Notes under the pieces: model-generated
Told to the model about the DNA's origin: nothing
Seen by the model: only the letters and a program-made list of their open reading frames with translations
Databases searched by the model: none
Translations under genes and position numbers: made by a program
NCBI GenBank assembly: GCA_037045145.1
Contig: JBAOIA010000011.1
Coordinates: 991,629-1,055,628 of the forward strand
DNA: 64,000 bases
Origin: Bacteroidia bacterium
GTDB lineage: Bacteria > Bacteroidota > Bacteroidia > AKYH767-A > OLB10
Direction of reading: 5' to 3'
Shown: positions 39,896 to 48,333 of the stretch, piece after piece
How positions within the stretch are numbered: position 1 is the stretch's first letter
How the letters are laid out: every line of letters starts with the position of its first letter

Positions 39896-42800
39896 CTATT
39901 CAAGAACAACTTTTTTCATTACAGTTTTTCCATCAAAAACTAATTGAATCATATAAACACCTCTTGCGTAATTGCTGACATCAATTTTACCGTTGTTAAG
40001 TCCTTCGTTAAATTGATAGTTTTCTTTTTTTAGTGTACGGCCTGACAAGTCTAAAAGTGTTAAAGATGCTGTGTTATTTTCAGATGCAGTTACATTAAAC
40101 GTTACAAATGAAGTTGCAGGGTTTGGGAAGAAAGTAACACTTGCATCGTCTGATTCAAGACGAAGGGGTTGCTCTTCATTAAACTCTGATGGCATTTGCG
40201 TAGTTAATGGAGTAATATTTAAGCCTGCATTACTATTGCCTTCGCCCATTCTTGCCGAAGGAGTTGTAAAATAATTGTAAGCACTCCATGAAGAATATGT
40301 GCTGCCACACAATGCACGCACCGACCAACGATAAGGTGTAGAAGCTAATGCGCCAATGGTGATTGAGTTTACACCACTTGATAAAGCATTAGAATAATAT
40401 ACATATCCTGTATTCAGGTTTTCTATCTTAATGTAATAATTGTTGGCAGATACTAAATTCCAGTTTATCTCCACAGATGTTGGTCTGAGGTTCGTTACAT
40501 GTAAATTTCCGGGAGTTGGGCAAGAAGAGCTGCAATTATTAACCACAACTGAAGTAGCTGATGATGATTTAGTACAGCCATTACTTCCGGTTACAGTCAC
40601 TATATAGTTGCCTGCTGCAGATGCAGAAATTGATTGTGATGTAGCGCCATTACTCCAAAGATAATTAGCACCATTGCTTGATGTTAAAGTAACACTGGAG
40701 CCTTGACATATTGTGGTGCTTCCATTTGCTGTTATTGTTGCAGAAGGCGCAGGCATTACATTTACATTTACTGTTGAAGATGTTCCTACATATCCTGTTG
40801 TAAATTGTGTAACTGTTACAGCATAATTTCCAGATGTTGTTACTGTAATTTTTCTGGTTGTTGCACCTGTACTCCATTGATATGCTGATCCTTTTGTAGC
40901 AGTGAGAGTTACTTTGCCACCAGAGCAAAAACTCAAAGATCCACTAACTGTTATGTTAGGTTGAAAAGATGAATTTACAGTTACTGCTATTGGTGCAGAT
41001 GTATTGCTGCATCCATTGCTGTTAGTTACCTTAACTGTATAATTTCCGGGAGCAGAAACAGTGATTGATTGTGTTGTTGCACCTGTACTCCATAAATAGC
41101 TGCCACCACTACCTGCACTTGAAGAAGTTAGCTGAACGCTGCCACCTTGCTGTAAGTTAGTTGAACCATTTGCTGTTATTGTCGCATTGGGCAATGAATA
41201 TACAGTGACTGCTTTACTTGTTGTTGATTGACAACCATTGTTAGTTATAGTAACAGTGTATGTGCCGGGAGATGATGTTGTAATAGTGTTAGTAGTCGCA
41301 CCTGTACTCCACAAGTAAGATGTTCCTGTACTTGCATTAAGTGTTACACTGCCTCCACTACAGAACGAAGTGCTTCCAGATGCTGTAATAGTTGCCTGAG
41401 TAGGTGTTGTTACAATAACATTTACTGCAGCAGCAGTTGCAGAACCACCTGCTGTTGTTGCAGTGCAAGTATAGCTGCCTGCTGTGGTAACGGTAATAGA
41501 TTGTGTTGTTGCACCATTACTCCATAGATAGGAGTTGGCTGCACTACATGTCAATACTACGCTTCCACCTTGACAAAATGTTGTTGGGCCATTTGCAGTT
41601 ATTTTTGGTGTTGGCGCTCCAGAGGTAACCGTAACAGATAGTGGTGCAGAAGTTGCTGAACATCCACTGTTATTTGTAACAGTTACAACATAATTTCCAG
41701 TTGTACTAACTGTAACCGCTTGTGTTGTCATTCCACCTGGTGACCATTTATAACTACCTCCGGTACCTGCCGAAGAAGAAGTTAGTGTAACACTGCCACC
41801 AGCAGCAAAAGTTGTTGGGCCACTAGGTGAAATAGTAGCTGAAGGAACCGGTTTAACAGTAACTGTAGTTGACGCTGACATTGCAGAACAACCATTTGAG
41901 TTTGTTACTATAACATTATAATTTCCACCTCCGATAGCTGTAATTGATTGTGTTGTTGCTCCACTGCTCCACAGATAAGTTGAGCCGCTGTTTGCAGTAA
42001 GAGTAACACTACCACCAACACAAAAAGAGGTTGAACCGCCTGCAGTGATTGTAGCATTTGGCGTAGGATAAACTGTAACTAAAACAGGTGCAGAAGCAGC
42101 AGAGCCTGCAGCAGTTGTAACAGTAACAACATAAGAACCAGCACTGGTTACATTAATGTAAGGATCTGTTGAACCATTGCTCCACAAATAGGAGAGACCC
42201 GTACTGGCAATAAGATTTACATTTCCTCCTGCACAAAATGCCGTAGGTCCACTTGCAGTAATTGTTGGCACTGCAACACCAGAACATGGAGCAGGGCTTG
42301 TATAAATAGCATTGCTGCTGGTTGATAAATGAATCTGATCAATCTCAAGATTGGTATTTGTTGGTGTAATTTTCAATACATGATCCTCCAATGATGCTAC
42401 AGATGAGAATGAAATTACAGCACCAGAGTTTACATCATATTTATACCATTGCCAGTTAGCATCTGTAATACAACCTATTTGTTTGCTGTTGCTGCCATCT
42501 AAAGAGATAGTCATTCCTGTAGTTTGTGAGTTTTTAGAACGAGCTCTAACCCAAACATAATAGGTATAGTTTGTTGTTGATCGAGGCTGGAAGTTATAAG
42601 TTAAATCACTAACAGAATTAAAACCTACAGCAGTAGTGTAATCTGTAAAGTCGCCAGCCGTTGCTCCTGAAGGACGGGTGGTTTTCAGATACACATTATT
42701 GTTGCTGTTGTCATATAGCTCTGCTTCAAATTTAAAATCTTTTGACCAGTAATATGGATAGGTGTTTTCATGCCATCCATCTAACTGATAGAATATTGGA

Positions 42801-45127
42801 GCAGAAGTGTTGGTGTTGTCATAGATATATGTACTGCCTTGTCTTCTGATTTTAAACTTAATTCTACTGCCATCTAAATTGATTTGTGCAACAGCTTCAT
42901 CAGGTGCAGCGCCTGCCATATTCGACATTGGTTGTGATGAACCTGTTATGGCATATTTATTCTGTGAATTGTGTTTACGTACAACAACTAATTTTCCAGG
43001 GTCACCTGTATTAAATGAGTACGCCATATAGGTTGGACTGGTAGTACTGTTAGGAACATCACCTGACATAAGATATCCATTCCTGAATAAGTCTTCATAA
43101 CGGCTTGTGATTGCTTGTGCATAAGGTGGAATAACCAATTGCCAGATATAATTTTTTGGATTCTGATAAGGTTGCGATGTTACAAAATAGCCTGTAGTGA
43201 AAAATTCTGCACCTGTCATAGAAACAGCTTTGAGGAAACCTAACCATTGTGCAGGACGAACGTTTTGTGTTTCGTCATTGTCCCATCCCGGTGAAACCGC
43301 AGGTGAAAAATATTTGTCGCCAGCCAAAAGTTGTTCTCTTCTGGACTCAACTACCCATTGCCATCCTTTCCATGCGCCACTCCAATAACGCCAGTTTGAA
43401 GGCCAACGCATATAAATATCACCGGTTGCATAATTTGAGCCATTCATGGCACTGTTTACAGTACGAACTTCAGACCACTTTAAATTCCATGTTGGCTGAC
43501 CATCTAACTGATAATACGCAAATTTTGTGTTTGATAAACCGCTTAATCCCATGAACTGATCACGGTAAGCTTTTATTTTAGTTGCAGCTCTGCGACCTTC
43601 ATAGGTGAACCAATCAAGACCTGATGAATTTTTATCCGCCACCACACTCGGGTCAGATTGCATAACATTCGTATAATATAAGAAAGGTACAACTTCACCG
43701 TTGTCTAAAATATAATCAAGCGGTCTGCTCAATTTTTTTAGAAGTTGGTCGAAATAAAATTTCTGAGTAAGTCCATCTTTTACCAATGAATCAGGTGCAC
43801 CGGCAGGGCTAAGGTATTTTGTTGAACCGGTACCTCCGTTTGGATTTAAATATTGCCCTGAACTGTTTTTAAGATAATACTTATCAGGTAAACATCCACA
43901 TGTTGCATAAGCTGTATTGCTTTTATACCCGGCATCTGTAGGACGCAATTGTGGCCAATATGACAATGCAGAAGCTTTGTATTGTGGTAAGCTGTTTGCC
44001 AGATTAATCCATGCATAGGAAAAAGTCGAAGGATTGGTATAATCACTATAAGCACCGGTGTTTTCGGCAGCCATAATGGTATAGTTAAAGTTTTTTGCAA
44101 AATCAGTTTGTAATGTCACGCTGTTAGCCACCGCTTTTGAATAAACGGTTTCATAAGTCTGATATCCTGAAAGATAATAGTAACCTACAAAAGGATTATT
44201 TGGAAACAAGGTATGTCCTGGTTTGTATCGAGGGGTTGGGAAATTCTTTAGCTGTTCTATTGGTGTTAGAGATGGTGATGGATGTCCAGGTGCAAAATCA
44301 TTGATATTGATTCCTGCTGTTACCGGACTTGGTGAAGGTGCAGTAACCGTTGGGTTTGCAAATGAATAATGCTTGCCTGCCATAAAATTTAAATAGTGTG
44401 CGTAGATGGAATTTCCTCCAAGGGAGTTATAGTAAACAGCAATTTCATCTATTGCACCCTGATATTTATAGTAGTCTGCCTGAGAGTTGAGCATATAGTC
44501 TCTATTACCACTTTGGGCGAAACTACCACTGGCTATAGTTTTTGAAAAACCTGCAGGCAATTGTCCGTCAACCCAAACTTCTTTAATACCGGCTTTTGCA
44601 TTATATTTGAATACAATGTGATGCCAATTGTCATCCACATAGTAGCTATAAGATGCACGACCAATTCCATTAAGGTCTATTTCAAAATCATCATAAATAG
44701 GAGAGCCGTTAGCGGCTTTAACTTCTGTCATGAAGTTAATTGCCGGATAGGTCATGCGCAATTCAAGAGCGCCATCCATTCTTTTTGCAAATACGGTTGT
44801 GCCAAAGTTCATACCGGGTTTAAAAATAAATTCGAATGTTACGGCAGAGTCAATAGCCAACACACCACCTCTGATGATGGTACTGCTAGAGTCTAACTTC
44901 ATGTACTTGCCAACACCACCGGAGGTGTTGGTTAGTATTTGATAGTTTGACTGGTAATAGTTTGGATCAAGATTAAAAGTTCCCATCGAATCTTTCATTG
45001 GCGATGAGCCTTCGAAAGTATAATACGATTTTGGCTGATAATTTTGAGCAACCAAACAAGTTGGAACTGCTAACAAGAACGCTGCAACAATGCTTCTTGT
45101 AATTGAGATTAAAGTTGATTTAATCAT
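39896..45127 (-). CDS. Giant T9SS-secreted multidomain protein: LamG-like N-terminal domain, about 650-aa unassigned central region, CBM-like beta-sandwich, ten tandem Ig-like repeats, FN3 domain and a type-A CTD
   Basis: Signal peptide MIKSTLISITRSIVAAFLLAVPTCLVAQ. Concanavalin/LamG-like region (aa ~60-250). Repeats of the form ITA(S/N)G.T.FC.GGSV.LT...G..YLWS.GATT..ITV....Y.V. FN3 (CPTPGNLHVTNLRPTSVEINW...). C-terminus VTFFPNPATSFVTFNV...GVYMIQLVFDGKTVMKKVVLE. Confidence 0.85.
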   Translation of the reverse strand: MIKSTLISITRSIVAAFLLAVPTCLVAQNYQPKSYYTFEGSSPMKDSMGTFNLDPNYYQSNYQILTNTSGGVGKYMKLDSSSTIIRGGVLAIDSAVTFEFIFKPGMNFGTTVFAKRMDGALELRMTYPAINFMTEVKAANGSPIYDDFEIDLNGIGRASYSYYVDDNWHHIVFKYNAKAGIKEVWVDGQLPAGFSKTIASGSFAQSGNRDYMLNSQADYYKYQGAIDEIAVYYNSLGGNSIYAHYLNFMAGKHYSFANPTVTAPSPSPVTAGININDFAPGHPSPSLTPIEQLKNFPTPRYKPGHTLFPNNPFVGYYYLSGYQTYETVYSKAVANSVTLQTDFAKNFNYTIMAAENTGAYSDYTNPSTFSYAWINLANSLPQYKASALSYWPQLRPTDAGYKSNTAYATCGCLPDKYYLKNSSGQYLNPNGGTGSTKYLSPAGAPDSLVKDGLTQKFYFDQLLKKLSRPLDYILDNGEVVPFLYYTNVMQSDPSVVADKNSSGLDWFTYEGRRAATKIKAYRDQFMGLSGLSNTKFAYYQLDGQPTWNLKWSEVRTVNSAMNGSNYATGDIYMRWPSNWRYWSGAWKGWQWVVESRREQLLAGDKYFSPAVSPGWDNDETQNVRPAQWLGFLKAVSMTGAEFFTTGYFVTSQPYQNPKNYIWQLVIPPYAQAITSRYEDLFRNGYLMSGDVPNSTTSPTYMAYSFNTGDPGKLVVVRKHNSQNKYAITGSSQPMSNMAGAAPDEAVAQINLDGSRIKFKIRRQGSTYIYDNTNTSAPIFYQLDGWHENTYPYYWSKDFKFEAELYDNSNNNVYLKTTRPSGATAGDFTDYTTAVGFNSVSDLTYNFQPRSTTNYTYYVWVRARSKNSQTTGMTISLDGSNSKQIGCITDANWQWYKYDVNSGAVISFSSVASLEDHVLKITPTNTNLEIDQIHLSTSSNAIYTSPAPCSGVAVPTITASGPTAFCAGGNVNLIASTGLSYLWSNGSTDPYINVTSAGSYVVTVTTAAGSAASAPVLVTVYPTPNATITAGGSTSFCVGGSVTLTANSGSTYLWSSGATTQSITAIGGGNYNVIVTNSNGCSAMSASTTVTVKPVPSATISPSGPTTFAAGGSVTLTSSSAGTGGSYKWSPGGMTTQAVTVSTTGNYVVTVTNNSGCSATSAPLSVTVTSGAPTPKITANGPTTFCQGGSVVLTCSAANSYLWSNGATTQSITVTTAGSYTCTATTAGGSATAAAVNVIVTTPTQATITASGSTSFCSGGSVTLNASTGTSYLWSTGATTNTITTSSPGTYTVTITNNGCQSTTSKAVTVYSLPNATITANGSTNLQQGGSVQLTSSSAGSGGSYLWSTGATTQSITVSAPGNYTVKVTNSNGCSNTSAPIAVTVNSSFQPNITVSGSLSFCSGGKVTLTATKGSAYQWSTGATTRKITVTTSGNYAVTVTQFTTGYVGTSSTVNVNVMPAPSATITANGSTTICQGSSVTLTSSNGANYLWSNGATSQSISASAAGNYIVTVTGSNGCTKSSSATSVVVNNCSSSCPTPGNLHVTNLRPTSVEINWNLVSANNYYIKIENLNTGYVYYSNALSSGVNSITIGALASTPYRWSVRALCGSTYSSWSAYNYFTTPSARMGEGNSNAGLNITPLTTQMPSEFNEEQPLRLESDDASVTFFPNPATSFVTFNVTASENNTASLTLLDLSGRTLKKENYQFNEGLNNGKIDVSNYARGVYMIQLVFDGKTVMKKVVLE
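40545..42270 (-). repeat. Array of about ten tandem Ig-like domain coding repeats (about 210-240 bp each) inside 39896..45127
   Basis: Recurrent protein motif PT/ATITA.G.T.FC.GG.V.L....G..YLWS.G.T. with matching periodic DNA similarity. Confidence 0.8.
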
Positions 45128-45254
45128 GTGAAATGGTAATTAGAAATTAAACATAATAAGCCCACTGCGATTAACCGAAGTTTTTTCGCATTAATAAATT
45201 TTGTCGTTAAACGGAATAGAATAATTGGTTAACGCGTCCAAAAATAAATTGAAT

Positions 45255-45400
45255 TTTCACCCAAAAAAGGGGTGATTAGCAATTAGACTATAAGTTTATG
45301 ATAGTCAACAACTAACGTTATTAACACCTGTTAATAACGTTACATTCACCATTAAAAAAATGACTTTCACCCAAAAAAATCAACCTTTCGCCCATTAAAA
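45255..45400. promoter_or_regulatory. Upstream regulatory region of the giant gene: four copies of TTC(A/G)CC(C/A)WWAAAA, three of them phased exactly 21 bp apart, plus an 11-bp perfect inverted repeat
   Basis: Motif copies start at 45256, 45345, 45366 and 45387. The palindrome is aacgttattaa-cacctg-ttaataacgtt at 45314-45341. Position is 130-270 bp upstream of the ATG at 45127 (minus strand). Confidence 0.5.
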
Positions 45401-46132
45401 TTTGGTAAAAATACCGGCTGAAAACTGAAAAACATCAACAGGTTGTGAGTATGCACCGGTGGACATTTTTTCTCCGGTTTCGGAATAAATTAAATACACA
45501 TCATCATAGTTAAATTCTGTGCGGAAATAGTCGCCTGCAAACATTACTCCTATGTTTTTGTGAAAACAATATTTCACTTCAAAGCCCAGGTTGAGTGCTA
45601 TATCTAAAACAGAAGAAGCATTTTCTGTAACTTGCAATGTTTTTACTCCATCAAAAGACTGATAAATCCGTTTTGAATATTTTCCATTTGCAAAACCAAG
45701 CATTCCTCTTAATGTGGCATCTGTTTGTTCGTTAAAATTTAAGGTTGTACCAAGTCCTAAAAGTAGGCTGTTTACTTTCCATGGATAAGTAGTGGTTTTG
45801 TAACGTGGTCCCGGAGGGTTTGTTTCAACAAGACTGTTTAGTAATTCAGTTGCATTAACCGGGTTATAGAACCACACATAATCGGCAGCAATATAGAGTT
45901 TGCTGTTTGGGTGGTAAGAAGCCCTCAGTCGAGAGGTAGCACCAAGTATGGCATAGCCGGATTTAAAGTTTTCGTCCAGTTTATCAGCAAAATCACTCAA
46001 TGGAATGTTTATGCCTGCTGTTAAACCTATCTGCCAGCGCGATGTTTCTTCTTCAGTATCCTGTGCCGAGGCTGTTGACGATAAAAGAGGAATAAGATAA
46101 ATAAGCCATAATAGTTTTGCGATGTGCTTCAT
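45395..46132 (-). CDS. Hypothetical small outer-membrane beta-barrel protein
   Basis: Signal peptide MKHIAKLLWLIYLIPLLSSTASAQ. Alternating beta-strand pattern with a C-terminal ...GIFTKF. Confidence 0.5.
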   Translation of the reverse strand: MKHIAKLLWLIYLIPLLSSTASAQDTEEETSRWQIGLTAGINIPLSDFADKLDENFKSGYAILGATSRLRASYHPNSKLYIAADYVWFYNPVNATELLNSLVETNPPGPRYKTTTYPWKVNSLLLGLGTTLNFNEQTDATLRGMLGFANGKYSKRIYQSFDGVKTLQVTENASSVLDIALNLGFEVKYCFHKNIGVMFAGDYFRTEFNYDDVYLIYSETGEKMSTGAYSQPVDVFQFSAGIFTKF

Positions 46133-46327
46133 GTAGCCAGAAAGTTTGCTCTAAAGTAGCAACTTTACAGGAATCACAAGCCAAGCATGGCAATTTTAGT
46201 TTTCAGCTTATGTATTTGCGAAACTACTATTCCCTTTTTATCGAAGTGCCTGATGAGATATTTTAGTAGTATGATTGACAATGTTCTTAGTTTTTAATGT
46301 GAAACATTATGATCTTCTTTTTCGCTT

Positions 46328-46774
46328 TTACATGATAAGGTTTACGGTACCTTTCTTGGTTAATATTCTGCCGTTGATAGCTTTTGCCTGTATTTTATAT
46401 ACATAACTTCCCTGTTGGGCTATCTGACCTTTATACATGCCATCCCAGCGTTTATTGATATCGCTTGATTCAAAAATCATTGCTCCCCAGCGGTCAAATA
46501 CCTGCATGGTAAAGTCTTTAACTCCTTCGCTATAGGCGCCAAATGTTTCATTAATACCATCACCATTGGGTGTAAAGGAGTTGGGAACATATATGGCCAT
46601 ATTAGGTGTCACCGTAGTTTCGTTAGACATACTGGTGATTTCATTGGCTCCCTGCTTGTAAGCAATAACTCTGTACTTACGCTCTGTAATGTTGCTTTGT
46701 GCATTCACAAAGGTGGATTTACAAACCCCCAACACACACATAGACATTAAGGCAAATTCTGCAATTCTTTTCAT
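46328..46774 (-). CDS. Minimal T9SS type-B (gliding-motility-associated) C-terminal-domain protein with an approx. 30-aa passenger
   Basis: Matches the type-B CTD pattern: VPNSFTPNGDGINETF...VFDRWGAMIFES...WDG...G...GSYVYKI...G...GTVNLIM. The signal peptide (MKRIAEFALMSMCVLGVCKSTFVNAQ) indicates a likely start at 46774; the ORF track extends to 46804. Confidence 0.7.
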   Translation of the reverse strand: MKRIAEFALMSMCVLGVCKSTFVNAQSNITERKYRVIAYKQGANEITSMSNETTVTPNMAIYVPNSFTPNGDGINETFGAYSEGVKDFTMQVFDRWGAMIFESSDINKRWDGMYKGQIAQQGSYVYKIQAKAINGRILTKKGTVNLIM

Positions 46775-47304
46775 ATCATTTATATTTTGTACAGTGAATT
46801 GCAAATTGCTTTCCCGAATGGTGTCTATTAGTTAAAAAAGAAGCATTTAATCACAGTTGTAAGATTTGAGCATCCTGCAGCCACATTTTTTACGATGATT
46901 TTGTGATTTCTCCTCTGAGGAATTGAATCAGGTCTCTTTAAAAAGTTGTTTTCCGGCTGAAAGTTTTGAAACAATAGAAGGTGTTTTCAGAAAAAACCAA
47001 GTAGTCAGGCTGATGTAATTTCAGGTTTTTGACATTCTGATGTTTAGGGTCCGATGTGAATAACATGATAAAATGGTTCAAAATGGATAATAATGCCATA
47101 GTTTATGAACAAGTTATTTGCATATATAAATAAATGTATTACTTTTATGAAAAATTAAATCTGCTGTAGAATGAAGAGTTGTAGTTCCGGTAGTATTTTT
47201 TCAAAGAATAATGATCTCTTGCTTTTCAATCGAGGGGAATTATCTCAGTTCAAGAGTTTTATTCAAAAACCGCCATTGTATCGTTCACTCTAAATCTTAA
47301 TAAC

Positions 47305-47682
47305 ATGCACACCATTGAACAACTTGAAGAGATGCTTGCCGAACACCATGAGTGGCAAGGTAAAATCAACTTCTATCGTGGAGAAATTGATCGCATGAAA
47401 GGCGACCTTGCTTCAGCTGTAATGGCTGATCAGAATCATTACAACATGCCTAATGTGGAGCACTATCAGAATCAGTTTATCCTGCAAAGAGATATTCTCG
47501 ACATCATGCGACATGATTTTAAACAGCATGAAAATAAAATAGAAGCTCATTCAGCCAACCCGGTCACAAACCTTGCTGCCGTACATGCCGGTGAACGCGA
47601 AAAACTTCAATCATTCGAGCGTTACTTTAAAGAACTCCGAAACGAGTTTAAAGCATTTATTCATAAAGAAGCGTTTAGCTGA
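47305..47682 (+). CDS. Hypothetical small cytoplasmic protein (125 aa, His-rich, predicted helical)
   Basis: Isolated ORF with its own terminator at 47750-47800. No domain recognised. Confidence 0.45.
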   Translation: MHTIEQLEEMLAEHHEWQGKINFYRGEIDRMKGDLASAVMADQNHYNMPNVEHYQNQFILQRDILDIMRHDFKQHENKIEAHSANPVTNLAAVHAGEREKLQSFERYFKELRNEFKAFIHKEAFS

Positions 47683-47749
47683 TAGCTAACATACAGAACG
47701 AACTTTCTGCGTAAAGTATTGAATTTTTATTTAAGTACATACACAAATA

Positions 47750-47800
47750 AAAAGGAGGTTGTCAAATTATTTGAAACAACCTCCTTTTTGATGTTTTTTT
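47750..47800 (+). terminator. Rho-independent terminator after 47305..47682
   Basis: Stem aaaggaggttgt (47751-47762) / acaacctccttt (47776-47787), then TTGATGTTTTTTT. Confidence 0.75.
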
Positions 47801-47936
47801 CTAACGTTTAATATTTAGTTACTTGAAAGTATATTTAAATTTCGTTTAATTGATTTCAAGATTATGCAGTTCAAACATACTTTTTTACTAAGTAGGTTTT
47901 CAGTTGTTACAGAAATCTGATGCTTCAAAACAAATT

Positions 47937-48119
47937 TTATACAAACACCAGATAAACTAAGTACGCCAAAAACCCGAGTATTAAAACCTCTTCAGCAAAG
48001 AACAACAGCAAGGTGTTTTTCTTGCCAAACAAAGATTTTTTAAAATAGCGCGAGCGAAAGCTGCTTTCTTCCTGTGTGTGGTCGTAGGTGATAATGGGAT
48101 CGTTGTTCATCATAGTCAT
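47937..48119 (-). CDS. Possible small membrane protein (60 aa, C-terminal TM helix)
   Basis: C-terminal LLLFFAEEVLILGFLAYLVYLVFV. Located downstream of the short ABC ATPase gene. Weak evidence. Confidence 0.25.
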   Translation of the reverse strand: MTMMNNDPIITYDHTQEESSFRSRYFKKSLFGKKNTLLLFFAEEVLILGFLAYLVYLVFV

Positions 48120-48333
48120 AAGAATTTGCAGGCAATTTATATCTGCACTTTGCCGGAATGGGATAAAAAATGAATTTCTGTTTAAGATGTAAGAAATTCA
48201 GAAAAGTATTTAGTTTTAAATTGTCCTTTTTTTGTGCTGCGCTAATTTTTCAGAGGTAAAAACAATTTAACAAATAAAAAACCGTGCTTTAAATAGGTTG
48301 AAAGAATAAGTGCTACAATGGAGGTTTTGTGGT

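Noticed and set aside
40545-42270. A CRISPR-like or other non-coding tandem array suggested by DNA periodicity
   Set aside because: Units are about 225 bp, lie in one continuous ORF, and conserve a protein motif (Ig-like repeats). There are no short direct repeats with unique spacers.
45314-45341. Interpreting the 11-bp palindrome as the terminator of the upstream OMP gene
   Set aside because: The stem is AT-rich (weak) and there is no T-run after it on the minus strand. Its position inside a motif array upstream of the giant gene fits an operator better.
45395-46132. Calling the 245-aa OMP a PorP/SprF partner of the type-B CTD gene
   Set aside because: Its mature N-terminus lacks the PorP/SprF signature as I recall it, and it is shorter than that family. 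It is kept only as a hypothesis in the findings.
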